Part shown: piece by piece, positions 36,661-48,709 of the stretch
Layout of the letters: every line of letters starts with the position of its first letter
Position numbering within the stretch: the first letter of the stretch is position 1
Source of the DNA: Cirrosporium novae-zelandiae
Taxonomy: Eukaryota
DNA: 64,000 nucleotides
Direction: 5' to 3'
Assembly: GCA_026023565.1 (NCBI GenBank)
Contig: JAPETS010000012.1
Coordinates: 620,001-684,000, forward strand
Notes under the pieces: model-generated
The model's input: the letters and a program-made list of their open reading frames with translations, nothing else
Told to the model about the DNA's origin: nothing
Databases searched by the model: none
Program-made: the position numbers and the translations under genes

Positions 36661-37949
36661 ATCCGAAAGATTAACCAAGGGATCTAACTCGAAGAGCGTT
36701 GTCGACTTGCCGACTTTTAGTCGGGGAGTTGATGGGTTGATGCTGAGTTCAGCAATGATGGATGTTCGGTTATCGACGTTATCCGGCAAATGGGTGCCAG
36801 GAGGATGTTTCGATACACTTGGATACGTTTGGATGTTGATTCACAAGAAAGAGATATTTGTTATTTGGGTATTCTAGCTGCCACAGCAAGCTATGAGGTC
36901 TTATGGGATGTCTGATGGCAATAGGATTGATATGCGTGCAAGTGGAACAAAGACAGACAATGACGGGTGAGTCAAGGGTCAGGGGGAAAGTCGCGTGGCT
37001 TTGGCCCTACCAAAAAAAGAGAAGGCGCAAGGCTACGGATGGCTGATGACTGATTTAATGACGTGAGGCGGCTGTGACTCTTATTCTATGGCGGACGGAA
37101 ATGATCGGTTGATGGAGGGGTTTAGAAGGTTAATGGAAGTACGAAGATTTATATCTACTTAAATTGAAACAATACGAGCGGGTGTGAACAGTGAAGGATA
37201 CTTTGCCTATGGCGGTGGGTCAAACACAGGTTGATGGATTGAAGGCACTGGATAATGAACGTGGTAGTCACACATGTCAGTCGGCCTCTCGGGGCTGTCC
37301 CTGACCACACCCTGGTCCGGGTGTTAGTAAGATGAGAATGAATAGTAAATTGAAATAATTTACATTATCTGGAAGATGAAAGAACAATAATCAAATTCAA
37401 TTAATGAATAATGTTGCCATTACCATTATTCTATTGGAAATGGGTTGATTTATTCCTATCGATGCTTTGTAAGTGTGGTGTTGAATGAAAGCAGCCAGGC
37501 ATCGAGACGTACTCTCAAAGTCTTTCTTTGTTCAGTTGATTTATCAGTTGATTTAACCTCTCAGCTGGCCGGAAGCAGGAATGTGCCAGATTCCAGTGCC
37601 CCCATCATTCCAGTAATTACCTCCCTCCATCCAAGGCTCCGTTCCCATGACGTAGTGTTTGGACCAAAAGGTGTGCTGCATCTCTCACTTTATCAACACC
37701 CGAGGCACAAACAATACAACCACTAATCATGCAAGCCATGTTATGGCAAATATATGATTGTCCTATTATTGTTGTTTGTATTGGCCTTTGACATGGTATT
37801 CGTTGTTGTCTCGACCACATCAATCTCCCCCCTTACGCGCTAATGGGTCAAGATAAGGCCATTCGGCCTGCTTATCTAGGAAGCCAGATTGCTGTGCACC
37901 ATCTTGTCCCAGCCGTGTTGAGTTTATGCTTCTGCCCTGGGCTGACTCC

Positions 37950-38557
37950 TCATCTGCCTTCCCCCCGCTCTCCATCTTCATCCTCCTCGGATTCCTCACC
38001 TGGCAAATGATTCGGAAACCATCCATAAACCGCCAGATCCACTTTCAACTCTCCCAAATTCCCCCTTTCTACCTGAACGCCTTCTCTCCTCAAAGCCTCA
38101 GCCTGTCGTGTTGCTCCATCTGGTCCTCTTATCGCCGTCAGCATTCGATGTGATCCTTGTGGTGGAAGATACACACACCGAGGAGAAATGATTCCTTTTG
38201 AGTTGATGACTCGCTGCCAAGGAACATTCTCATTATGAAAATAGTGGTCAGATGTAGGAGAGTTTGCTGGAAGATATTTTAAACAGTTGCCGACCTGTCG
38301 TGGACATTCAGCTATGCCACGGTATTGTTATCAATATATCCAAAAATGTCTTTTGGGGAAAGAGTTTGTTCTCAAAATACATACGTCTCCCCAAAAGTTG
38401 AGCAATATGCCCATAGCTTGTTACATGTCCAACGGGAATCTCCTTGGCAGTCGATTTCCAATTAGCACTCGAAGATTGCATCTAGAGGGTCAAATACCTG
38501 CACAGCTTCGTAGACGGCCGCGTACCATGCCTCAGCTTCTTCTGTTCGTGGAGCCAT
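37950..38557 (-). CDS. atl1: Alkyltransferase-like (ATL, MGMT-family) DNA damage recognition protein, four exons
   Basis: Spliced product MAPRTEEAEAWYAAVYEAVQ|EIPVGHVTSYGHIAQLLGR|PECPRQVGNCLKYLP...NVPWQRVINSKGIISPR|GPDGATRQAEALRREGV...YGWFP. PWQRV replaces the MGMT PCHRV motif. Confidence 0.92.
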
Positions 38558-38958
38558 GGGGAAAGTAAACCAATGTTCTTCAAACGATGATTTGCATAGT
38601 AAAATTTAAATATGACTGGACAATTGGTTTTTAATCCTTTGAAAGTATATACGATGGGTGAGTCAACTGGTAGGGCTCAGAGTCAAACAGTAGGGCTCAT
38701 TATCAACACGGATGCACAGGGACAGACTTTACTGCCGGCTGACTGGGCGACGAGCTACCAGGAATGACTAGGAAGTGCCCCGCAATGACAACCCCGGGCT
38801 TGGCTGGGAGAGCTTCAAGCTCCAAGCTCTAGGCACCTCAGCATCTCAGATCTCAGCACCCTGGCACCTCAGTACCTCAATACCTCAATACCTCAATACC
38901 TCAATACCTCAGCAACCACCTTATTAGAGTCCTCAAACCCAACACTAAAGTACAAATC

Positions 38959-40600
38959 ATGTATGACTCAGGTTCCCTCGTCCAGCGCCCTTCGAAGCAC
39001 GATTTGCCCACTACAGAGTACTTTCATCACTCCAGTGCTCCTCGGGTTTCCACTGATGCTGTGATTGTTGGGGCCATCAAAGCCCAGTATCCTAACCTTC
39101 ACCTAACCATCACCCCCGAAGCAAGCTGCAACCTTTTGAGGTATGCCTCTGCAGGTCATGCACTTGTAACACCTGTCGATGATGCAGGAGGCTCGGAACT
39201 CACTTCATTAAAATGGCGTCAATATATTCCTCCGGCCAAACGGCTCGACAAGGAAGCTGGTGTGCTGGCTGACCATATACTATTTGGAAAATACATATAT
39301 GTCTGGAATGACTATGAATATATCCTTTATGTTGTTGACGGAAGAGATGGCTCAAGTTACTATCCTAGAGTTCGGAACTGCTTTATCCTGAGCAAATCCG
39401 AAGATGCAACCAATGGGCTCATCATTGCTGCATCACGATTCCATGCTGAACTACATAACGAAGTTTGGGTCTTCGATGGTGGAATGTGGCAGAAAAGTTC
39501 CGAACTCTGGAAGAGTGTGCAAAAGGCTTCTTGGGATGATGTGATATTAGATGCAGATATGAAGAAAACCATCATTACAGATGTTCAGAAATTCTTTGAC
39601 TCCAGGGAGACTTATACGAAGCTCAAGGTACCTTGGAAAAGGGGGGTAATATACCATGGTAAATATAACAGCTGCACATTATGAGAATTACCTCTTGATA
39701 AAGTACAGGCCCACCTGGTAACGGCAAAACCATATCCATCAAAGCGATGATGCACGCACTCTACGAAAGACAAGACCCTGTCCCAACTCTCTACGTACGA
39801 AGCCTCACAAGGTAAGTCTATATATTTAACATCTCCATCCCATCTTCTCACCCGGCCCTAGTTTCGGCGGCCCCGAATACGCTCTGAGCGAGATATTCAC
39901 CAAAGCACGCCAAAGCGCCCCCTGCTACCTCGTCTTCGAAGACCTAGACAGCATTGTCACGGACAGCGTACGCAGCTACTTTCTCAACGAAGTCGACGGC
40001 CTCCAAAGCAACGACGGGATCCTCATGGTGGGCAGCACCAACCACCTAGACCGTCTCGACCCCGGAATCTCCAAGCGCCCCAGCCGCTTCGACCGCAAGT
40101 TCTTCTTCCCAGACCCCAACCACGACGAGCGCGTCAAATACTGCGAATTCTGGCAGCACAAACTCGCCGACAACAAAGACATCGACTTCCCAGACAAACT
40201 ATGCGCCGCCATCGCTAAAATCACCGACGGCTTCAGCTTCGCATACATGCAGGAAGCATTCATAGCAGCTTTGCTGGCTATCGCCGCTTACAACGACCAA
40301 CCGGATCCCGAATGCTGGAACCCCTCCAAACAAATCCTCATGTGGCAGTCCGCCGCCCAGAACTACGTCCGAAACGACGCAACGGATGACGAGGACGGCA
40401 GCCTCGACAGCCTATTCCTGTGGCGGGAAATCAAGAAGCAGATTAAGCTCCTGCGCGAGGAGATGGACCGGGATGAATCTAAGAAGGCTTTTTTTAGCTG
40501 TCGGGAGGACCTGGATGTCGTTCATGGGGAGCGGTTGCTACTGAAACTAAGGGGGGAGAAAGATGTCATGCGATCTGGACGTGACGAGCGAGACCACTAA
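38959..40600 (+). CDS. Fungal AAA+ ATPase, three exons
   Basis: VPWKRGVIYH|GPPGNGKT (Walker A across an intron), VFEDLDS, SYFLNEVDG, GSTNHLDRLDPGISKRPSRFDRK and FSFAYMQEAF. Confidence 0.92.
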
Positions 40601-40750
40601 TAAATTTAAATCCGATTTTTAAGCAGAGGAGGAATAGATTAAAGCCGAGATAGAGAATTAAAGATAGAATGGGTGGAATATGATATGCATATGCATGTGA
40701 CCCTCTTGTCCTGTCTTGTCTTGCCATTTTAAATAAATCAAAACCGTCTT

Positions 40751-40914
40751 CCTACTCCTACTCCTACTCCTACTCCTACTCCTACTCCTACTCCTACTCC
40801 TAATTACCCATCTACAATACATCCCCCCCCCCAAAAAACACTTTCACAACAAAACTAAATGTTTTTGTTTTTTTTCTGTCCAACGTAGTAACGTAACTTA
40901 ATCTGTTCTTACAC

Positions 40915-40945
<31 letters not shown>

Positions 40946-40964
40946 TGTATGTATGTATGTATGT
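40751..40964. repeat. (CCTACT)n and (TATG)n microsatellites
   Basis: Hexamer run 40751-40802 and tetramer run about 40916-40964. Confidence 0.9.
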
Positions 40965-41190
40965 ATATATGGATGTATGGGGCAGGGGTATCAGTATCAG
41001 TATCGGTATCAAAATCATAGCCCCCCCCCAAATCACAATGCAAAACCAGAAAGCACAATAAATCAGATATAAACGTTTCCCCCTTTCCCTATCCCTATTC
41101 CCGACTCCGAACCCAGCCAGCCAGTTTTGAAAACGCCAGCTTTGAAACGCCATACTCCTCTCCCTCTACCCTCCCCCCCCCACCCTACTC

Positions 41191-42315
41191 TCACTCATCC
41201 ATCTGCCACGCATATTCCAACTCCCCCAAATCCCTCTTCCGATTCCTAGCCTCAAACCACAACCTCTCGAACCCATTCCCGCGATCCACCCCATCCCACC
41301 TCCACCCCGGTCTAACCCCATACCGATTCGGAACCACCGCTCCCTGATAAAGCGGCTTCCCACTCTTACTTTTACTCTTCTTCTTCTTACTTAGAAACTG
41401 CATCGCAGGATCATTCCACCGTTCCTGTTCTTTTAGTTCCGTGTTTAGGTCCTCATCATCACGCCCACGGGCAACGGTCATGAATTTCGCGGAGCGGAGT
41501 TTTGATTTTCGGTCGAGGGCTTCACGGCGCTGGACGTCGCCTAGCAGGGCTTCCTTTGCGGCGGCTTCTTTGGCGGCAGCTTCTTCGGCGCGTTTGCGTG
41601 CTTCTGCGCGTGCCATGGCAATGTTGATTATACGGCCGCTGGCGTCGCGGTAGATTGTTTCGGCGTCTTTGCCCGAGTATGCTGTGCCGAGGTTGGCCAT
41701 CCGCGCGCGCTCTTCGGAGCGTTTTTGGTTCATCATTGCGGTGGTTTGGGCTGCGGTTTGGAGGCCGGCTGTGGCGCCGTTTTCCATGCGGAGATTTGAG
41801 TCTGCGTTGGCGATGGTGGGGGCTTCGTCATCTGGGAGGGCATGGGCGGCGTTTTCGGTGGCGGTCGCGGCTAGGATTGCGTCTGCGGTTGCTTGGTCTG
41901 AGGAGGTGGGGGGAGTGGGGCCGACGGTTTTCCAGGTTTGGGTTTTGGATTTTTTGAAGGTGGTCGTTTGGGAGGTAACTGTGCTTGGGGAGAGGGGGGT
42001 TTAGTGAGAGCTGAAGATGGAGGGGGGGGGGGGGGGTTTGTAGGAGAGCAGGGGTTGGGGGGGGATTGGATGTGATAACTGAGGTTAGATATATGTAGGA
42101 CAGATAGACGTACCCATCATCGGTGCATCTTCATCTTCTTGTGCTCCTCCATTCGTGGACGCGTTCCAACCTGAGGCATCATCTTCGGTGATTACGAGGC
42201 CCTGGCCTTCTTTATCTCCCGTGTGGTGCTGCTTCCTCTTTCTTTTCTTGGACTTTTTTTCCGGTGCTGGATCTGCTGTGAGATAGTTCTTTGCGAGATA
42301 GGCTGCTAGAGACAT
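41191..42315 (-). CDS. BUD13: Pre-mRNA splicing RES complex subunit Bud13/Cwc26, two exons
   Basis: MSLAAYLAKNYLTAD, ETIYRDASGRII, ERWNDPAMQFL and PNRYGVRPGWRWDGVDRGNGFE. Confidence 0.95.
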
Positions 42316-44379
42316 GGTATGGGGGTTTCGTTGTGGAGGGTAGGTTGGAGGAGGGTTTGTTTTCGAGGTTGAGAAGGTGGAAGTTTGGGTGCTTGGGTCT
42401 TGGCGAAGAGCTGAGGTAAGTTTGTCGGCCGAGAAGATTGGGGTTTTTGTTTTCAGATTTAGATATTCTATATGGGCATCTATCCCCTTTCTATACTTCT
42501 TCTACCTTTTGGAGTAAATGTATGTAGAGGTAAGAGTAGGATTGGTGCTATCGTTATATTGGCCTTGAATTTGAATGAGCCTTAAGAGGCTCATTTTGTC
42601 ATCATTCAACCCCCGATTAATTTAATATCTACATCTTAAACCACCTCTCTACACCTCCCAGCTAACCAACCTGGCCCAGCGAAGAGGGAGATAATACTTC
42701 AACTTACAACAAAGTTGAAAAAAAAAACCCCTTGAGATGAGAGTGTTTCTCAACTTTTTTTTGTTTAATAATCTCTGAACTCAACCGTATTTAGTTATAT
42801 CGTGCTTACCCTCCCCCCTTTTTTTTCATACACATATGCTCTGAACTACTTTTTTTCTTCTTCTTTTTCTCTAGCTCATGCAAAAATGATATAGCAACAT
42901 GGATCCTTTAAAAGTAAGTGATATTCTGTGACATTATTGTGAATAACTTGTTTATTTGGTATCATATCGAACAAGCTTGGGCTCTAAGGCTCTTCCTTGT
43001 CCACAGCACATCGATCAGAGCCATTCAAATCTCCCACAATACCCCCCCCCCCCCATCAACAGTTTTATCCATTCAAAGGTTGCATTTCACCACTCCGCTA
43101 GCCCTCTTCCCCCTTTCCCCGACGTATTCCCCAACTATTCAGCAAGGCTCTAAAATTCCTTCTGTTGACTCTGTCTTCTCCTCCTTCGGTTATGTAGCTT
43201 CGGAAACATGTGCGCTTTGGGGCTTGTTTGAGGTATTTAGGGAATTGCTCGATTGTCACTATTGTCTCAGGTACATGTGCTGTGACCAATGTTCGAAATT
43301 CTGGTCTGATGGAAAGACATTGTGGCGAAATTCACAGGCAGGTGAGAAATTGTTGAAACTATAAACTACCAAGATGAGGTTCCAAGATAGAACATTGCTG
43401 CATATCAGCTTACAATAGATGTGAGAGCCCTGGAACCTAGAAGTAAGGTTCTCACTCTGTGGCCCTGGAAACAAATAACCCGAAAGCACTGCCCTTTTTT
43501 GATTCTATTTTTTTTGATTATTTTATTTTGGTAGACAATTGTGAGAATTCATTGGTGTTGGAACCTTCCTTCGGCCCCTCATTTACTCCTCGCACCTTTG
43601 CAGGGTAAAAACCCACGATAAATCAATATCACAAGTTTGGAATGCTGAGAGATTCTCATTCGTCGGGTAGATTAGCGAATCATCAGAAATATCAACAGAT
43701 TTCTCTCCAACACCAAAATCAAATGGTCAATTACGGCGATGATCCCAATCTGAAAAATTTAGATGGCCGTTGGGTTAAAGTTCCGCTGTCATTACCGCCT
43801 TCAGCGAGGAATTTGACTCAAATGTGATGAATTCTTTCCTAGTATTTTTCCTAGTTTTTTTAAGTGGCCGCAGTAGAGATAAGGGCTGATCGATGGCTGA
43901 TCGATAGCTGGACTATGGCTGGCCTATGGCTGGTCTATGGCTCGTTATGGCTCGCTATGAAGATTGAGGGGTCGTATGTCCCCATTTGATGCTAAGCGCT
44001 GTAGGACAAGAATTCCGTCGCCCTCTGTCTGTCTGTCCTGGTTTGAGCTGAGAACAAGACAGCCAGACTAAGGCAGCCATTAGATATCAGCCTCACCTAC
44101 CTACCTATCCAGCTCCCCGAACCCCCCCCCCCCCACCCCCAAATCCTTTGACTCTTGAATTCTTGCTAATCTTTTGTTTGCTCCCTCTAGAATGTCTTTT
44201 GATTACCGAAGTCATCAGTCCAAGATTCGGATCCTATTGAGTTTCCATCCATATTAATTCTCCATCATCACTTTTCCACACATTGCAATCTATCTATTTT
44301 TTCTTAATACCCTACTAAATATATTTGCCGAAAGGCTCGGTGACGTCTACTGTATCAGCACCCAGAGACAATCGTCAAA

Positions 44380-46251
44380 ATGTCTGGTGCTGAGGTGATT
44401 GCTGTGGTTGCATGTGTTGCTGGTGTCATTAGCGCTTTCAATGATGGTTGGTATACCTATTTCATTTTATCATTCAACTGCACCATCTGGTCCCTTGGAT
44501 ATGACGTTCATTTGCTGACCATCTGACAAAGGTAGCAAGCTCTTAGCTAAGATCAAAGACAAGAGGCGAGCCCAGGCGGCTATGCGAGATGAGCAGACAA
44601 AGAGTCTTGAAGAGAGCCTTGCCCTTGGTCCACCGACTATAAGGACTGAATATGATCGAGACGTTAGACGATTTGGTTCACAGTTTGCTGAGGGTGATAG
44701 TGAGAATCCTCTTGGAAGACCTAGACCATGTCCAGCCTTGTCTGACTGATACTAGATATTGCAAGAGAAGCTCTGAAAGATATTATCATTGAGCTACAGG
44801 CTAGTATTCTGGTGCACTTGAAAAACTCATGGACACAAGATATTGCAGTTTGCAACTTTCACTCTCTGGAGCTGGTGAGCGATGATAGTCGGGTCAACAC
44901 CGTTGTTGCTCTAGGCCAGCTCTACCAGCGAATGGCTGCACGTGCATCGATTCCGAGCAGTCCCCCATCTAGAAATATTTTTAGGAGGTCTTCAAGAGCA
45001 ACCAGAACTTTATCTACCGCAACTACCGTTCGTGAAAGTCGAGACTCAGGTATGTTCGGCTCACTGCCTTCACCCATGTCTTCACTGTCGGATGAGAAGC
45101 TTGGAAGTGCACGCCTCACCTGTGTGCCATGGGATCAGTCGATCCCAGAGATCACTGGCATGTATCCAGAAAATTCGGAAAATACGAAAGATGAGAGCTT
45201 GATGCCACTACCTTTGCGGACGCAAGAATCTCCTCCAGGTGAAGGGGAGAAAAGACTAGAAAGAAAACCCCAAGCCGAGGGTTCCCTCCGCTCACATCAC
45301 TCCCACCACTCCCAGCAGAGCCGTGGCTCTCACAGAAGTGTCTCGTCAAGTAATGCAGGGAGTTCCATGTACTCGCCTAACTCCCTCTGGGAAAATCCAT
45401 GGGGTGGCTCCTCCGACGGTCGCCGAAGCTCAGAAACCATCCCTGGTGTCAACATTGTCTCCCGCGCTGACTCCCAAGCAAGCGCCAGCTCGGGAACTAT
45501 GCCTGACATCGACCTCAATATTGTACAACGGCATCCCGAACTCCCCAACCGAAATCCTCCCCCAAGATCGTTCTCAAACCCAGTTATCGCAAGACCCTCC
45601 TCAAGCGTAATCGCAGCCCGCTCCTCTTCTGCCAGTCAAACATCAACCTCGCCCTCCCTCGCGCGCTCCTCGCCCATACTCCCCCAAGATGCCTTCTCCC
45701 ACGTGCCCCACCGCCTCACGCTCCCCAGCGAATCCAACGACTTCGCCGGCTTCTGCAAAGGCGCCTGGAAACTCCAAATCGGCGCCTCCAAAAAAGCCCT
45801 AAAGCTCGAATACCGCCCCCAGGGAATGTACAACCGAATCCCTTACTGGCGGTGCTCGAAATGCTCATTCGAAGGCCCAGCCATGACACCTCCCGGTCCC
45901 GGAAAAGCAAAGGACAAGGACATCGCCATCGAAACCCGCATCCGCCGTGCGCAGGGGATCCTGTACCGCTGGGCCTTCCTCGCTAAATGTCACGTCAAGA
46001 CCAAGAACTTCGACTCCACCTCCCCGGACGCCGGAACCTTTGGATGCATTTTTTGCTGCGCCGAGGGTAGGGGCACGCCCGTGTACGGGAATGTTAAAGA
46101 GTTCATGCAGCACCTGCAGCAACATCGACTGCGACTACCCAGTGCCGAGTTGGCGGGCCGGACGAACTGTGTCGCCGGTCGATACGCGGATCCTACCAAG
46201 GAGAGTTTCGATATTTGTTTGTTGCCGCTTGTGGTTGAGGATAAAATTTAA
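44380..46251 (+). CDS. Conserved fungal protein: N-terminal helical domain, Ser-rich linker, Cys/His-rich C-terminal domain; three exons
   Basis: MSGAEVIAVVACVAGVISAFNDG|...LEESLALGPPTIRTEYDRDVRRFGSQFAEGD| joins ORF 44812-46251. C-terminal FCKGAWKLQ, CSKCSFEG, FLAKCH, CIFCC and HLQQH. Confidence 0.8.
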
Positions 46252-47182
46252 TGATGCCTTAGGGGGTGTGGGGTTGGAGTTTTTTTCGGGATACGTACTG
46301 ATAATGACGTTTTTTTTCTAATGCTTTTTTAATGTATTGGGTTTTGCTTGCTTGGCTTTTGTTTAAACTGTAGATACCCTTTGTTTGCTTTAGCGATACA
46401 AACGAAACGAAACGGGATGATGGGACTACCCCCATGATTATATATAATGCGTGTTCTGAAGAAGAAGTAATAGAAAGAAATACCCAAGAGAAAGAGAGAA
46501 GAAATCCTCTCTTCCTAATATGATATATATAAGTTTTACCTCTTTCTTTTCTTTGTTTCTCATTTAACAATATTTCTTTCCATTTTATATTTTTTTCGGG
46601 AAAAAAAAAGGGAAAGTAAAGGCTTTCTTCACTCTCTCAATTCATTATCAATTCATCACACATCGTCATTATCATCATTATCATTCGAATGATGGGATTG
46701 ACGTTCTTTTTTCTTTATATATCCAATGATAGATAGTTAATAAAGAGAAAGGAAAGAAAAGGAAAGGGGAAAAGGGAAGGAGGTACATATTAGGGGGTGC
46801 CTCCCCTTCCCCCTCCCCCGCCAACGCCTGCATGCCATATCATACCAGATCACACCCCTCCCCCCTTCTCCTCTCCTCTCTCCAGGACTGGGCTAGAAAG
46901 AAGGGGCAAATAAAGTTCATTCTTCATCCTAGCTTTCATCCTCATAGTCAATCAATCAATAAAAGCAACCCAGTCCCACAGACCCACACAATTAAAAAAA
47001 CAAAGGAAAATATTTCGTTCAAAAAAGGAAATAAATATATACCCTCAACTTGGGCTTGCTTGCTTTCTTCTTTCACTCCGTAAGCGCCGGCTAGTATTTG
47101 TATTTGGCAAGATGGGGATGGATAGGGGGGGGGGGGCCTTTCTCTCTCTTTGTTTTTTAACGATGTTGTTGTGAGTACATGT

Positions 47183-48233
47183 TTACATGAGTATGCAGCA
47201 AGAGTTTTGCTTTTTGGCTTGCGTGTAGAACATTTTGCCTGTGAGGGTTGGGAGGGGGTGGTTAGTTACGCTTTTATTATTGGTAGGGGATTATGGATAG
47301 AGTGTATGGTGTGCACGTTGGTATTGGGGTGGTCATACTCTGTGCCGATAATCCATCTGATTTTTCCACAAGACTATCTATTTTCTCGCCGCGCTCGAGG
47401 ACAGATTCGATTGTTTTGTGAAGGACGATTTTGGTTTCGTCGAGTTCTCTCTCTGGGATCGGAGGAAGGGTTAGTATGTATAGTATGTGTGTATGATCGA
47501 TGTGCAACAGGGGGGTGAGTCGGAGGGTTGCTCACGTATTTTCATGATCGAATCGGCTTGCTGAGGGTCTTGGTATTTGACAATGTATTCCTTGAGCTGT
47601 GGGAATGCTAGGGTGTTTGCGGCTGTTGTATTCATGAAGGCGGTACGGGGATCTATTTAGTATATTAGTTTCGGTTTAAGGATCTGAGGATAGACTTCCA
47701 GATTGAGCTGGATCTTCGTACATTTGGATAGGAACTCATCGACGACTTTGCCGAGGAGTTGATGCGCTACCAAGGCGGGGTAGTCATGGTCGCTGATTAT
47801 TATACCAGCGACGCCCTCGGTGCGAGCATAGGCATGGAAGGTGTATGCTAGGAGGGGTATCGTGGTTAGTATGTAGTAGTTTGCCTGGTAGAATTTGGGA
47901 CCAACATTTCTCTTCGATGTCTTGTCGCTGTCCAGGACGAGTCCGCTCAGCGACGGTTTTGGAGAAGAGGGTCATGAATTCCCCATAGCTAAATGATAAC
48001 AAAGAGGCCATGTTAGCCAGTGGTCTTCGGGTTCCGATGACAGGAGCATAATGGGTGGCTTGGGAATGTTGTACCTGTCTCGCGTGAATCTAGAGTAGGC
48101 AGAGAGATCTTTCTCATGGCAAAGCTCCACGGCGGGCTTTGTTTCGTTTTTCAAGACCTAGGTGCGCCTATCAGTGAGGGGTGGCTTAGGTGGAGGATAG
48201 AGAGTAACTGACACCGATATAGTAGATCTTCAT
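47183..48233 (-). CDS. YKT6: R-SNARE Ykt6, multi-exon
   Basis: [70 protein letters not shown] and the prenylation tail NSCCILM. Confidence 0.96.
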
Positions 48234-48709
48234 GTTTGCGTTTAGATCAACGACAAGTTTTAAGAAATTTACAATAATTTGAAATAAGGTAAAAAGCTGT
48301 AGCTAGGAGGAGGTAGAAAGGCAGCAGCTAGGATTTGTACTGTACTATAGTTAGATGGTTGGGATTTGGTTTCGACCTTGGGATGTTGGTTCAGTTGTGT
48401 ATTCTCCCGCCAAGCTAAGTCGGCGCCTCAAACTCACCGCCTCCGATGTCAACCAATCGATAAGAGGACGGCGCTGGAATCTGCCGTTGAAAATCCCAGG
48501 TCAGAGAGAGGGCAGAGAGAGGGCAGAGAGAGGGCGGTATTTACATCTCATCCCAATATTATCCTTTTCGCAAGTCTTCTGTTCCGCTGTTTAGATTCCT
48601 TTAGACGGGTTTTCAGTAGATAGATCTCTGAAATACATCATTTTTCCCTTTCATCTCTCCCGAACCCCTGAACTTAATCAACTTGATCCTTTAAACGTGG
48701 TACCTCAAT

